Positions 40,941-54,942 of a DNA stretch of 64,000 nucleotides are shown here, in pieces. The notes beneath the pieces are model-generated. The model ran no database searches and had not been told where the DNA came from. It saw only the letters and a program-made list of their open reading frames with translations. Position 1 is the stretch's first letter, and the number at the start of each line of letters is the position of its first letter. The stretch lies in contig NC_043009.1 of the NCBI RefSeq assembly GCF_006345805.1, forward strand, positions 19,840,001 to 19,904,000, read 5' to 3'. This DNA is from Octopus sinensis. Taxonomy: Eukaryota. The translations under genes were made by a program, and so were the position numbers.

Positions 40941-42986
40941 GTTATATTTAAACCAGTCTGATTTGGCTCCATGTGACTTAGAGTTTTGTAGGCTTCGTAG
41001 AGAAGCCTAGCTCATTCAGTCTCAGATTCTATATAATATATATATATATATTTAATATATATATATATATTATTTGTATTTGTATTTAAATCTGATATCA
41101 ATAATACATTCCTATAAAAGAATCACTCTTGGTTCTGATGTGACTTCCCAATAAGTCATTGGCCACATCTACCTAAAACCATTCTTAATTGAAATAATCG
41201 GTAGGTTCAGAGAGTCTGTGACCCAGTTTAGATTCGTATGTGGAAATACTCCATTTTATTTACACTGCTAAAGTCTTTCAGTTTACAGTTCTTTGATTTT
41301 AAGCATACTCTCCTAGATTTCACAAGATGTCCAGATGCAAGAACCCAAAATCAAGAGATAATTTCTCTCCTTACCTGATAATTACACATCTCATTAACAC
41401 AATTTCCCCCCTATCCCCATTCTTATGTCTATTTCCATACATCTGCCATGTAACACACAACTAATTTTGTTACAAGAATTCTAAGATAATTCTTCCATTC
41501 TGCAATATTCTGTACAGAATCTAAATACAGAAGAACAGAAGTCTTTAAAAGTAAAAAATGATTTTATGATTTTTGATGCTAAATAATTGCGGAAATTATT
41601 TCAAAATCTCTACCATTCATTCTGTCAATCATTTGCCTAAGAATCCTTATTTCTATGAATCATTGTTCTTAAAAATTCTCAAAATCCTACCTTCTATCAA
41701 TCATTATTGACATAATCTCTATCTTTATCAGTCATTAATCCATTTCAAAGTTTCTTACACATTTTCTCTCAGATTGAATTGGGTCGACAAGAATCTTTAG
41801 TAAATGACATTTAGTAAGAGAACTGTGTGTATAATGTGATGTCAACAGTCGAAAATCACATTGTGTGAAGTGTTTAATGACAATGTATAGAAAACCCATA
41901 ATGACACATAGAGTTTATCACAAAAACAGCTGTTTTTTTCTGTTTTTAAAGAGATTTATTTTGTTTTGTTTTGTTTTTTTATCTGGGTTGCAAAATTTGT
42001 GATATGAATTCATGTGTGAAACAAATTTCGTTGTTTTCTTGAGCGGATCATTGCACCCATGATAATGGTGTGATGACCCTCCCAAGAAAACAACAAAGAA
42101 CTTTATTTTTTCTAAGAAAACTACTTATGTTAATGTCACAGGAATAAATTCCAAGCAGCTAAATTCCGAGCAGACAATGTTCCTCGATTCTGAATGCTTT
42201 CAGAATAATTACCAATATTCAGTAAAGATGTCACAGAATGCCAGCAAGATTTTGTTGCAGGCTTTTGTTGAAAGGGACTTCCTTATTCAACAATTATTGC
42301 TATCTCCAAAGATATTTTCTATTCTATCTATTAACCTGAAACATTTAATATTATTTTCAATGTGTGTGTGTAGGGGAGGGGGCTGATAGCAGCGGTGGTG
42401 GTGGTGGTGTTGGGGTGAGTGATGAGGGTGTTGTAGGTGTGTGTCAAAGAAAAACATTGGTAAATATCCTATGAAACACACTGGAAAGTAATTTAATTTG
42501 GTAGAAAAGTGTATCTTGTGATCAGTCCAATGATAATTGATGTGATATAGTAATGGGGGGGGGTTAGGGGTGGGGACGGAGGGAAGAATTAATGTTGTCA
42601 CAATATAAGAAATTCATCATTGACCAACTATTATCAACTCTTATTGCATTTTCCTTACGCTTCACCTTTGTCCCTCTCTGAAAAGGCAAGCCATTAATTT
42701 GTGGCAGGTGACAGTTCTTCGATCAACTGGCGTTGTTTTGAACACAAGAACATACTTATCGAGTTTGGTAGATAAAATTTTGTAGTTTTCTTAAAACAAA
42801 CTGATGCATCTTGAAATATTGGTGAAACAGGAATAAACCAGTTCTGAGAGGATGCCAGCAGTGATTGCAGTCTTGCTGATTGATGACACCACAGCTTCTG
42901 ATCAAACTTCGATAGCAACACATGATTGATACCCATATGAACACACACTTATACATGAGTGATGCATTTACATATATGTGTATGTA

Positions 42987-43037
<51 letters not shown>

Positions 43038-43047
43038 GTATGTGTAT

Positions 43048-43090
<43 letters not shown>

Positions 43091-43093
<3 letters not shown>

Positions 43094-43953
43094 CTGCGAT
43101 GGGTAAATTGTCGCCATTTTATATTTTCAATTTCATACATGCAAATTGTTGTTTTTGATTTTGTTGACTATAGAGTATAGTAGGGTCAGTTGGGCACCAT
43201 CTGTGAGAAAAACAGCACCATGACACAATTCACTGTGCCAGAAGTTTGGAAACGGCATGCTGTACTGCTTGGCATTCATGCCAGAATCTCCAATACAAAC
43301 ATTTGAGAATGTTTAGGTGTCAACCTGAGGATAATGCAATCTGAGGACATGTACCGAGAGTGATAAAAATCAAACATCCAGCCAACATCATGGTATTTGG
43401 AGTGATCACTAATAATGGTGACATTTTGCCTCCATTCAACTTCCCACACAGCCTCAGACTCAATATGGATGCCCACATCAAATGCCTGGAGGAGTAGTGC
43501 TGCCTTGGGTCAAGAGGGTAACTGCTAGAAGACCCTGTGTCGGGCAACAGGACTCTGCACCATTGCCACACAGGCAGCAGGCAGGAGGACCCAGTCATGG
43601 CTGTCAGACAACTTCTGTGACCCCATCACCTCTAACATCTGGCCACCTGACTCCCCACACTGCAACCCACTTCATTATGATGTGTGGGGCACATTTGAGC
43701 AAGAGACCAACAAAATTCCTTGTAACACCAAAGATGAACTGAAGGCAAGGATTGTGGCAACATTGAAGAACTTAAACAAGAAAACTCTCCAGAAGAGTTG
43801 CAGGAAATTCCAGAGTTATCTAGAGTCAATGGCGATTTTATGAATAAATTTACTGTTTAATATTTCAAGATATTTTTATGTGATTTTGGTAAATATATCT
43901 GTTAATATGAGATATCAGTGTTATTTTCATTTTTGTGTAATTTAGGCGACAAT
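43091..43953 (+). mobile_element. Tc1/mariner DD37D (maT-like) transposon, internally deleted and pseudogenised
   Basis: Broken frames read IMVFGVITNNGDILPPF, VVLPWVKRV..QQDSAP(C)H and WPPDSPHCNPLHYDVWG, with about 37 residues between the second and third catalytic positions. The left TIR contains ATTGTCGCC and its complement GGCGACAAT is at 43945-43953. (TA)n flanks both sides. Confidence 0.88.
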
Positions 43954-43981
43954 ATATATATATATATATAATATATATATA

Positions 43982-44036
<55 letters not shown>

Positions 44037-45580
44037 GCAGAAAGAAGAGAGAGAGAGAGAGAGAAAGTAAGAGCTATACGCAAACATAGAAACTCACAGA
44101 AGCACACACATATGCACACACACACATATCTATAAATACACATAGAGAAATACATATTTACATGAAAATCACACACACATATGCACACACACACACACAC
44201 ATAACACAACACAACAGGCATATATTTACAACCTTCTATAAATTATTAAATTTCTAACTTCGTCTCTTGAACATGATTACAATATCAGATAACTATAGGA
44301 AGGAAAAAATTAAACTCAGAGCTTGTCAACATTTGTGTGTGTGTGTGGAATGGGGGAAACAGAATTCCTCTCCCCTCATACCACACCTGTCCCCACAAAA
44401 ATTCCTTTTTAATTTCCATTCTTTATGACTCTTTGTATTTTACAACCCACCCACCCACTCACCTCTTTCACCACACAAAACTATGAGGACATAAAAAAAA
44501 AACAAAATCAACTTATAATAATAATAATAATAATAATGATAATAATAATAATAATAATAATAATAATAGGAAAATAAAAGTGAAATATCGTAATCTGTTT
44601 TTTTGATATGATATCTCGAATATCTAGCAGGAAAGATAAGCGTGGTGTATATAATATTGTTAAGAGATGTTGTGATATATAATACAGTGTTCTCTAATGT
44701 ATGGCCAAACCAAAATGATAGCTCAAAATAATGTGTTGACAGAATAAAAGCAAACAAACAAAATCCATTATTTTATTGGTGGGATATCAATCGGTCTTTC
44801 TGTCTTTGATTTCATTTTTTCTTTAATATTTTTTTTTTTTTAAATAAATGATTCCGATAGGAAAGTTTTATAAAATTAAAATTGTTGTTTGGCATATCGC
44901 TGAGTCAACACAATACTGTTGTAGTCTGGTTTATGGCCTTGTTTTCTTTTTTTTTTCTGTTTATTTTTGTTTATTTGTTGGTTTTTCATGTTTGAAAGAA
45001 AAAAGAAAAAAAAAACCAAAGAGATATGGCATAATGTTTGGTAATGATAACTTGTTCATAACAAACAATAGGGAAAGCACAATACTTTTTCAGTGTCTAA
45101 AAATTAAATTGGTCAACTGAAAGAAATAACAATATGGTTTATGGGTCTCCTCTTTTTTTAATCATCATCATCATCACCGTTATCATTATTATCAGCATCG
45201 TTATCATTGCAAGCATCACTGTCGTTGTCATCACGATCATCATCAGCATCATCATCATCAACATTAGTTTTATTTTCAATATTATCATAAATTTGCATGT
45301 TGAGAAAGACATATTTCATACGATGTCCTCTGTAACTTTTATTAACCAATTTTTATACACTGGTTACCACAGATATAAAAAGTCTGTCTGTGTAGATAAT
45401 ATATATATATATTTGTATGCATGTGTGTATGTGTGTGTGCACATAGATAGACATCAACTATTCTTTCAAATACTAATTTAATGACTGAATGCTCATAGGG
45501 AGTGGGCGTATATATATATACATGTCTGTATATATATATGTGTGTGTGTGTGGTGTGTGTGTGTGGTGTGTGTGGGTTAC

Positions 45581-45612
<32 letters not shown>

Positions 45613-45634
45613 GTAACCCCCAAATTCTCACGCC

Positions 45635-45701
<67 letters not shown>

Positions 45702-45711
45702 TAACAATCAT

Positions 45712-45925
45712 AATCCTTTCTACTAACGACACAAGGCCTGAAATTTTGGGAGAAGGGAATAGTCAATTACATCAACCCCTGTGTTTCACTGGTACTTAAT
45801 ATATCAACTCTGAAAGATGACAGGCAAAGTCGACCTCAGCAGAATTTGAACTCAGAATGTAGAGATGGGTGAAATACTGCTAAGCATTTTGTACAGTGCA
45901 CTAATGACTCTGCCAGCCTACTGCC
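45712..45925 (-). mobile_element. family-1 SINE
   Basis: GCAAAGTCGACCTCAGCAGAATTTGAACTCAGAA on the plus strand, with an (AAT)n flank. Confidence 0.8.
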
Positions 45926-45926
45926 T

Positions 45927-45961
<35 letters not shown>

Positions 45962-45963
<2 letters not shown>

Positions 45964-46250
45964 CATCATCATCATAGTTTAACGTCCATTTTCCATACTA
46001 GCATGGGTTGGACGATTTGACTGAAGACTGGCGAACCAGAGGGCTACACTAGGCTCCAATCTTGATCTGGCATAGTTTCTACAGCTGGATGCCCTTCCTA
46101 ACGCCAACCGCTCCGAGAGTGTAGTGGATGCTTTTACGTGCCACTGGCACGTGGGTCAGTCAGGCGGTACTGGGAATAGCCATGCTCAAATGGTGTTTTT
46201 TATGTGCCACCTGCACAGGAGCCAGTCCAGTGGCACTGGCAACGAAAGCT
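45962..46250 (-). mobile_element. LINE-tail/SINE family 4 (CTGGATGCCCTTCCTAACGCCAACC core, (GAT)n tail)
   Basis: The core is shared with copies at about 24921-25100, 37310-37490, 58240-58640 and 62330-62760. Confidence 0.8.
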
Positions 46251-46329
46251 TATTGACAACAGTGCTGAAGGGCATTAGAACTCATCAGAAGAAAGGGTAA
46301 GTCTAGACGGCATCTATTTTTCTGTCTCT

Positions 46330-46622
46330 CCATCACTTATGATGATGAGGGTTCCAGTTGATCCAATCAACAGAACAGCCTGCTCATAACATAAACCTGC
46401 AAGTGGCTGAGCACTCCACAGACACATGTTAATGTAGTTCTCAGGGAGATTCAACATGACATAAATTGTGCCAAGGCTGGTCCTGTGAATTACCGGTACA
46501 ACTCATTTTTGCCCCTGAGTGGATTGGAGCAATGTGAAATAAAGTGCCTCGCTCAAGGATGCAATTCACCACCATGAATTGAACTCCGGACCTTATGGCC
46601 ACGAACTGATTACACTGGCCAC
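46330..46622 (-). mobile_element. tRNA-headed SINE, additional family
   Basis: A decayed tRNA-like head at the right end (GAATTGAACTCC) and the body GTTGATCCAATCAACAGAACAGCCTGCTC. Confidence 0.55.
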
Positions 46623-48336
46623 TAGATATATATATGTCATCATCATTTTACAAGCATCTTGCACGCTGACACAGGTGGTGACAGATTGTCACAGAAGAAG
46701 AGTTGGTTCATATTCAAATATCTTGTTCATCTCTGGTGTCTACGACGGAATATCCTTACAGTCACCATTCTTTTTACACAATTTAATGGCTAGGGAACAA
46801 TCTACAGTAGAATTGATATTGGTTTTCTTACCAATCCCTTTACAGACTGTTGTGGGGACAGTTAAGTGGGACACCGACCCAAGAGAAATTTGCTGTGTCC
46901 TCAACAACAGGACAACTACATTCGTTCGTGCCACCATTCTTCATCAAACTTCAAGCCTTGCTATGAAGCATGGATCATATGACCATCAGGCTGGGTCACA
47001 TGACCATCAAACTGCATCACATGACACAATACTTCGTCAGTCTTGCCACAAAAAGAATTCTGTCATGCAAGAGCCTACAGTTGACTGTCAGAATATCAGA
47101 CAAATATCCAGAGATTGTCCTAGAAACCGTTTTGGTCAATGAAAACCAGGCTGCTAGAGGATGACTAGTGGAATACCTCGTGCCAGTCTTGGCATCGGAA
47201 GTTCAGTGAACCAAAGCTTGGTCCATTGGAAATCTATAACCAGGAATATTATTGTTCATTGATGCATAACATTAGCATGGCTAATATAATAAATATGTGT
47301 GGTGGTGGGTGACTGTGAGATTGAGAGAGAGGAAGAGGAGAGGTGAAATTGTGTGTGTGTGTGTGTGTATTAAATGATTCACTCCCAAATATCTCCTCTG
47401 ACCCACCACAACTCAACAAAGATCTCCACCAAACAAAAAATAAGCTGTTCACACACAATCAAAACGATTGAACATTCTGAATTCGCATATTTTTTACACA
47501 CACACACACACACACATCCTGCATGCGTATGTCTGTATAAATGTATGTGTATGCATTAATAACTATTATGTGAGTGTCAATGAGGAATAGAGTATTAATG
47601 TGTATGTGTGCATGCATTCGTGTGTGTGTGTGTGTGTGCATGTATGTGTACGAGGTGGTGTGTAGAAGTAAGATTCTATCAACAACTCAAAACTTTGTTG
47701 AAATTTTCCTGAATACACAACTATTTTTCAGATAAACACAATAATCACTTATCTGCAAAATGATAATAATAATAATAATAATAATAATATAATATAATAA
47801 TAATAATAATAATAATGATTACTTTATGATAATGATGATGATGATGGTGATGATAACTTTTCTCTTATTTTTGTGTATTTTATAGAAACAGCTAAGTGAG
47901 ATTTATCTTATGGTTGAAGAATTGAGAGATGTATGTGTGTATATGTGGTTGTATGTGTATGTGTGTGTGTGGGTGTGGATGTCTGTGTGTGTGTGTGTAC
48001 ATATGTATTTGAAGTTGGAGGAAGTTTTCTTTGAGAGTATGTTAGTGGTAAAATACAAGATGGTCATATTTGGAGAGGAAAAGGTGTCGGTGTTGGTGTT
48101 GGTGGTGGCGGTGGTGGTGGTGGAAGAGTTTTGAAAGAAGTCATCTCCAATGATTTAAGAGGCATTAGGTAAGGTTACTTCAGGGGGCAACTAACACAGG
48201 ATGTTAGCATAGCTTTTATAAACAGCAACTACTGCTCTGAGAACTGGAAGAGAAAATGTACATACATACATACATACATACATATATACATAAGCATTTT
48301 TAGATAAACAAGCACACAGATATATGTATCTCTGTA

Positions 48337-48370
<34 letters not shown>

Positions 48371-48522
48371 CATACATACACACACACATGCACATACATC
48401 AATATGTATGTATCTATACTGTAATATATTTATATATACATTCAAAATATATTCATATTAATTATAAAAACTCAAACATATATATGTGTGTACATATATA
48501 TATATGTATGTATATATATATA

Positions 48523-48570
<48 letters not shown>

Positions 48571-48589
48571 ATATATATATATGTGTGTA

Positions 48590-48631
<42 letters not shown>

Positions 48632-49448
48632 ATGTGGTATCTCTGATGAAACACAACTTCTGACATTTAAGATGTATATATAATAGTGAGTGCCATGGAG
48701 CAGCAGTAGGAGGGAGAGGAGGGCGAGGAGGAGGAGGAGGAAGAAGAAGAAGGAGGAGGAGGAGGAGGAGAAGAAGAAGAAGAAGAAAGGGGAATGGGAA
48801 GAGGAAAACGGAAACTGCAAATACATTTCAAGAATTATTCAGTGAGTGTATATACATGGGGTGGGGTCTGAGGCGGGGTGGCAGTGAGATAAGGCCAGCA
48901 TGGTGGTGGGTGTGGGGGCTCTCCCCCCTAGTTTACATATGTCAGTCTCGCTCATCTCTGTTGCAATGTTTATAATAAAATAAAACTATTGAAATAATTT
49001 TGGTTCTGTGTTTCTTCAACAGGGAAAAATGTTTAAAAAAAAGCCTCGAGAATTTCGTTTTCGTTTACCTTTCTCTACATTCTACAAAAATCTGTTAGTT
49101 TTAAAAAATAGGAATTAATGTAGAAAGGAAATGAAAATCAACTTGATGAAGGAAAATGGATATAATTATTTAAAATAAGTTTATTTTAATGAAATATTTA
49201 AGGATGCTAATTTATAAATGTTGTTTAAATTTGCGGTTTATTAACGAAATTTTGTTAAGGAAACAAAATAAGTTTAGAAAAAATTATTTGTAATTTAAGG
49301 GGCGAGGCTAGTTGAATGCATCAACCTCAGTATATGACTGGTAAATGATTTATTGATTCTGAGAGGGGGAAATTGTAACACCAATCTCAGCAGAATTTGA
49401 CCATTCTGCCAGTGCACTGCCTTTATAACAACAACGACAACAACAACA

Positions 49449-49509
<61 letters not shown>

Positions 49510-49607
49510 TCTGCCCTAAAAAAAGACAGATCTGGGAAAAATGAAAATAATTTTCTAAATGAGTTTATTTAATTATGAATGTTATTTGCTTTAAAATTCA
49601 TCATTAT

Positions 49608-49798
49608 AGGTGCAGAGTTGGAAGTGTGGTATGAAGTTTGTTTCCCAACCACATTGTTCCAGGTTCAATCCTACTGCATGGCACCTTGAAAAAGTGTTTT
49701 CTATTTTAGCCTTGGTCCAACAAAAGCCTTCTGAGTGGATTTGGTGGACTTTGGTAAGCAGAAACTGAAAGAAGCCCACTGTATGTATACATACATAT

Positions 49799-49850
<52 letters not shown>

Positions 49851-50020
49851 TGGGCTTCTTTCAGTTTCTACTTCTGGTTACCAAATCCATTCAAAACACT
49901 TTGGTCAGCCCAAGGCTATATTAGAAGACAATTGCTTAAAGTATTGTGCAGTGAAATTGCACCAAGGACCATTATGGTTGCAAAGCAAACTTCTGACCAC
50001 ACAGCTGTACCTGCACCTAT
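49608..50020. mobile_element. tail-to-tail pair of family-2 SINEs around a CA/TA microsatellite
   Basis: A plus copy at about 49608-49782 and a minus copy at about 49850-50020, forming an imperfect inverted repeat. Confidence 0.75.
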
Positions 50021-50880
50021 GTGTGTGGCTGAGTATATCTGTGACTTTTATTTGTGCTTTTTAAACATCCGTGAAATACAAGCAGTGACTTTTTTGTTAT
50101 TTTCTCTCAACAAATCATCCTCTGGCCATATACTTTCAAAGAACATCCCTTATGCCTTAGTTGAAAACAAATAAGGGTAAGTGACAGTAAGAGCACTTTC
50201 CTGTTGAATATCTCAATTCATCTAACCTACACTAGCTTAGAGAAATAGATGTAGAAATGAAACCACACACACACACACACATACTTAGATATTGGTGTAT
50301 TGCTTAAAACTGCTGTATATTTTAGTGTGCCTCACTCTTTTTAAAATGCACTGTATGTGCATTTTAAAATGGTGCCCTCTCTCCCTCCATATGTGTGTGT
50401 GTGTGTAATATGTATTCTTTGCAAAAGCAATTACATATGTGTCAGTAATAAATATATCGAAATATGTACTTGAAGAAGAATCATAGTTACGGTAATTCAT
50501 TCTTTGAAAGAGAAAAAAAAATTGAAGGAAAAGACGGCTATCCTGTGCCTAAGATGAAGTTATTTATGTTAAACAAGGGATTATATATTGATGGAAGGTG
50601 GTGGAGTGGTGGGGGAGGGTTAGACTTGAAAAGAATATTGACACGTTTTCTCTCTCTTTCTCTCTCTCTCTGGGAGGGAAGACAGAAACCAATGTTAAAC
50701 AAAGAGTAAAACCTGCACAGTTAGCTCTGTGTATTTTTTTGGATATCTGTCAATCAATCTATCTATCTCTCTGTGGGTGTGTGTGTATATATATATGTAT
50801 ATATATATATAGACAGAGAGTTGAGAGAGAGAAAGGGAAAGATACACATGTATATGATTACACTACATTCATATGTATGC

Positions 50881-51057
<177 letters not shown>

Positions 51058-53930
51058 GTATGAGTGTATATATGTATATATACATGTGTGTGCATGCATG
51101 TATGCATATGTGAATGTAAATATGCATGTATGTAAGTATATATATGCATGTCTGTATGTATATATATATGCATATATATATGTGTATATAAATATATATA
51201 TATTTATTTATATATATATGCATGAATATATATATATGCATATATATGTGTATATTTATATATATATGCTTATATATATATGCATGTATGTACATATGAA
51301 GTCCTGGTGCTGGCTGCCATATTGTATTCAGTCATGAAATATGAACCAAAGACAGGAAACTGGCATTTATTAATAGACAAGAGAAAAGGTCAATGAATTT
51401 TAATTCCTTTTTACCAAACCTTATATTGAACCTATTTTCTCTTCTGTAAGGTCCAGTGGCTTTTCGCAATTTTTTTCTCCTCCTGATTTATTGCCATTAA
51501 AACATGGAAGATCAATATAAGGGAAACACATCATTATTCTTGGTTTTATATTTGTCCCAAACTGGCCGCAACAGCCACAATGGCCAACACTACTGCAGCC
51601 TCTTCCACCTGCTTTTGTCTTTTACTAATTTCTTTCTCAAACCTTCAGCCTGCCATCTCATATTTTACTGATTCCATGCCATCTTTCACTCTGATTTACC
51701 ATTATGTTGACTGCCATCAATCATAAACCTACACTTTTTTCCTTGCTTTACTCTACTGGCACCAATAATATCCATCTCATTCTCCATATTTCATTCCTCT
51801 GTTGAACATCCACCAATTCAGTATTACCAATCTTATGGATATTATTGTCCAAAATACACTTGGCTTTACACACATCTCACACACAACCATCTTATTATAT
51901 TACTATATGACTATATGATTGTATCATTCATTATAGTACAATATTGTTTTGCTACATCTGCTAAATTACATGGTACAAATATGTACAAGATACTTGCAAA
52001 CATCATTGAAGACTTGGATAATGTTAAAACCTGTTTAATTTGAGAATTATTCCTATGAAAGAGCAATTCTTTTATTTACCATCGTCTTTATCATCGTCTG
52101 AATCTTTGTCATCATTATCATCGTCATCATCATAATCTTGTTTTGGGGCTGTTTTCGATAGATCCCTCACATGGCCATTAATCTGAAGATTGAGAGGTTT
52201 ATGACCTACAATGAGAAAATAGTTCATTTTCTAACAATCACAACTCGTCAATGTAGAACTGACTTCATGGTCACCTTCAGTTCCCATAATTCAAAATGAT
52301 TTTTCATTGTCTTAAACCAGATAAGTTTTTAATTTTATTACATGCAACAGTGATAATTATTGGAAAAACTTTACATTTGGGGATTGCCTTTTCTTTAAAG
52401 GTTTTGACCAATATTAGGGAACAACTTACATATATGAAATATGGTGAATTATGGATATGAAATGTGGTAGTTTTCAAATATGAAACATGATGTACACCAC
52501 ATGTGAAATGTAACTAATTACATAATATTCAATGAGTATATTCCAAGATTATACATGGATTCACCCTTAGAATTCTGTAAGTCGTTTTTTGCTTTTGGAT
52601 TCCATATAATATTCATCTACCAATTCCATATATATCCCTTTCCCTATTCTGATATTTCAAGTCAGACATCTTCATCACCAAATCCTATTTTATAAATTCC
52701 ACCACCAGAATTTATGAAATTTCATTTAAAGTCTTCCAATTTGGGGGTGGGGTGGGGGTTGAAAAGTGATAAATGATCGATGTCAGTCAGAGAGATTCAC
52801 TGATTGGAGAGACATGGCAGCTGTATCAAGAAAATCACAAATGCTTCCCCACTTGGACTCAAACGGCCCTCTTCATAAAAAGGGGAAAACACTAGGACAC
52901 AAATGGCCCTTTATATAAAAAGGGGATAAAGACTAGGCTAGAAGCAAGCAAGGGAATTCATAGTGAGAACAGAAAGATCTGGAATTGGTACTACAAGATG
53001 TCTCAATGGATTATTTAACAGTTTCATCAATTCACTGCCCCAAGATTGGTACTTTAGTAAGGTTTGAACTTGGAGCATAAAGAGCCAGAACAAATACCAT
53101 GATGTATTCTGTTTGTCATTTCAGGGATTCTGCTAACTCATCAGCTTAAAAATGGATGAGTTTTGTCAGTGAGGATCTCAGAGAAGTTCATTTCAAATCA
53201 TAGAGAGTCTTATGAACAGAAAAGACTGGGTTTCAACCGACAATTCATTAATTACTAGAAAGTATCAATTATTTCCATCACTTCAAACAATTTTAGAAAG
53301 CTAAAATTAATTACTCCATTAATTCTTCACTTCACAAAAATATACCCAACTGCAGCAATCTGATGGAATGGAAAATTTGATATTCCTTAATTTTGTTCAT
53401 GAGGAAGACCCTAAAAGTGCCTGAAATTCTAGACAACAACAATCTTATTGTCTGTTTAGGTTTTCAACTCTGAGAAAATAAAATCTTTGAAATCCAAAAA
53501 ATGTTGAAAAATTCTTAAATGAACATTTAGAGTGGGAAATATTTGAATGAAATTAAAATAATGTATTTAATCAACAAAATAACAGGAAGTAAATGGAATA
53601 TTCTGGAAGAGTTTGAGAATGAGGTCAGGCTGTAGAAGTCTCTGGGTGAAAGACCAGGCAATTGGTGCTGTCACACGGTAAATTTTCTCTCGTCTAAAAG
53701 ACATTTTTATCTGATTTTAACTGATTTGTCATAAAAACAAAAAATATTTGATATCACCAAACCAAAGTGAACAAGTGACAAACTATTTCACAAAATCTTT
53801 CGGGATATGAAATGGTAACACAAATATATATAAAATGGATGGGATAACTAAACATACATACTGTATGCTGTAATAATATGGATATCAAAATGGATTTATA
53901 TCATAAAGCAGATGATGATGACAATGATGA

Positions 53931-53964
<34 letters not shown>

Positions 53965-54253
53965 GGCAGTGGTGGTGGTGTGGGGCATGATGATGATAAT
54001 GATGATGATGTGATGAAGGTGAGGATAATGGTGGTGGCAGAGGGGTGTGATAATAATGATGATGATGATGAAGGTCATGATGAGGATAAGGTGAGTTAAA
54101 AGGAGTTTACAAAAAGTATATTTTAGGTCACATTTTAGCAAAACAACACAAAAATCAAAGAATTAATCGTCAACTTACTCAAATCGCTGTGACTTAACGA
54201 AGGATAGTTTTTATCAACCATGTGATGTGAAACTTTGTCTGTAATCTTCATAC

Positions 54254-54279
54254 CTCCTTCAGATCGATCATCACTGGAC
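54254..54279 (-). CDS. DACH: dachshund microexon (26 nt, phase 2 to 1): (K)SSDDRSEG(E)
   Basis: Acceptor tttttgtttacag and donor GTATGA. Its phases exactly bridge the exon ending at 60783 (AA|G) and the exon starting at 32691 (G|AG), giving an open frame. Confidence 0.72.
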
Positions 54280-54371
54280 CTGTAAACAAAAATCGGCAAT
54301 CTGTTCTATTTTATGACACTCTTTACTTTGGACAAGCTGTTGAAGATAATAAAAATAATAATCCTTCATAC

Positions 54372-54570
54372 TATAAGCTGAAGGCTTGAAATTTTGAGGG
54401 GAGGGCATCTAGTTGATCATATTGACTCCAGTGCTGTTTTATGAACCCCTGAAAGGGATGAAAGGCAGAGTCAACCTTGAGGGGATTTGAACTCAGAAAT
54501 ATAAAGACGGATGAAATGAAACTAAGCATTCTGCCTGAGGTGCTGAAGATTCTACCAGCTGGCCACCTTA
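54372..54570 (-). mobile_element. family-1 SINE
   Basis: GGATGAAAGGCAGAGTCAACC..GATTTGAACTCAGAA on the plus strand. Confidence 0.75.
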
Positions 54571-54621
54571 ATAATAATAATGATAACAACAACAACAGCA
54601 ATAATAATAATAATGATAATA

Positions 54622-54662
<41 letters not shown>

Positions 54663-54664
<2 letters not shown>

Positions 54665-54940
54665 TATTATTATTATTATTATTGCTGTTGTTGTTGTTGT
54701 TGTTATTGTTATTATTGTTATTGTTGTTGTTGTTGTTATTATTATTATTATCATTATTATTATTATTCAGGTCACTGCCAGAAATTGAACTCGGAATCTT
54801 GGGGTTACTAGCCTGCGCTCTTAACCCCAAGATTCTGAGTTTGATTCCAGGCAGTGACCTGAATAATAATAATAATGATAATAATAATAATTATAATAAT
54901 AATAATAATAATAATAATAATCATAATAATAATCATAATA
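54663..54940. repeat. fold-back of a SINE head extended by complementary (TAT)n/(AAT)n flanks
   Basis: The arms TTCAGGTCACTGCC..GAATCTTGGGGTTA (from 54766) and TAACCCCAAGATTC..GGCAGTGACCTGAA (to 54863) enclose a ~14 nt loop. Confidence 0.9.
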
Positions 54941-54942
54941 AC

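Noticed and set aside
46579-47142. 187 aa plus-strand ORF
   Set aside because: It starts inside a SINE and crosses a TA tract, with no recognisable domain.
51420-51500. Minus frame KSGGEKNCEKPLDLTEEK (CtBP-like PLDL motif)
   Set aside because: Poor acceptor and donor, and it is adjacent to decayed retroelement-like sequence, so probably chance.
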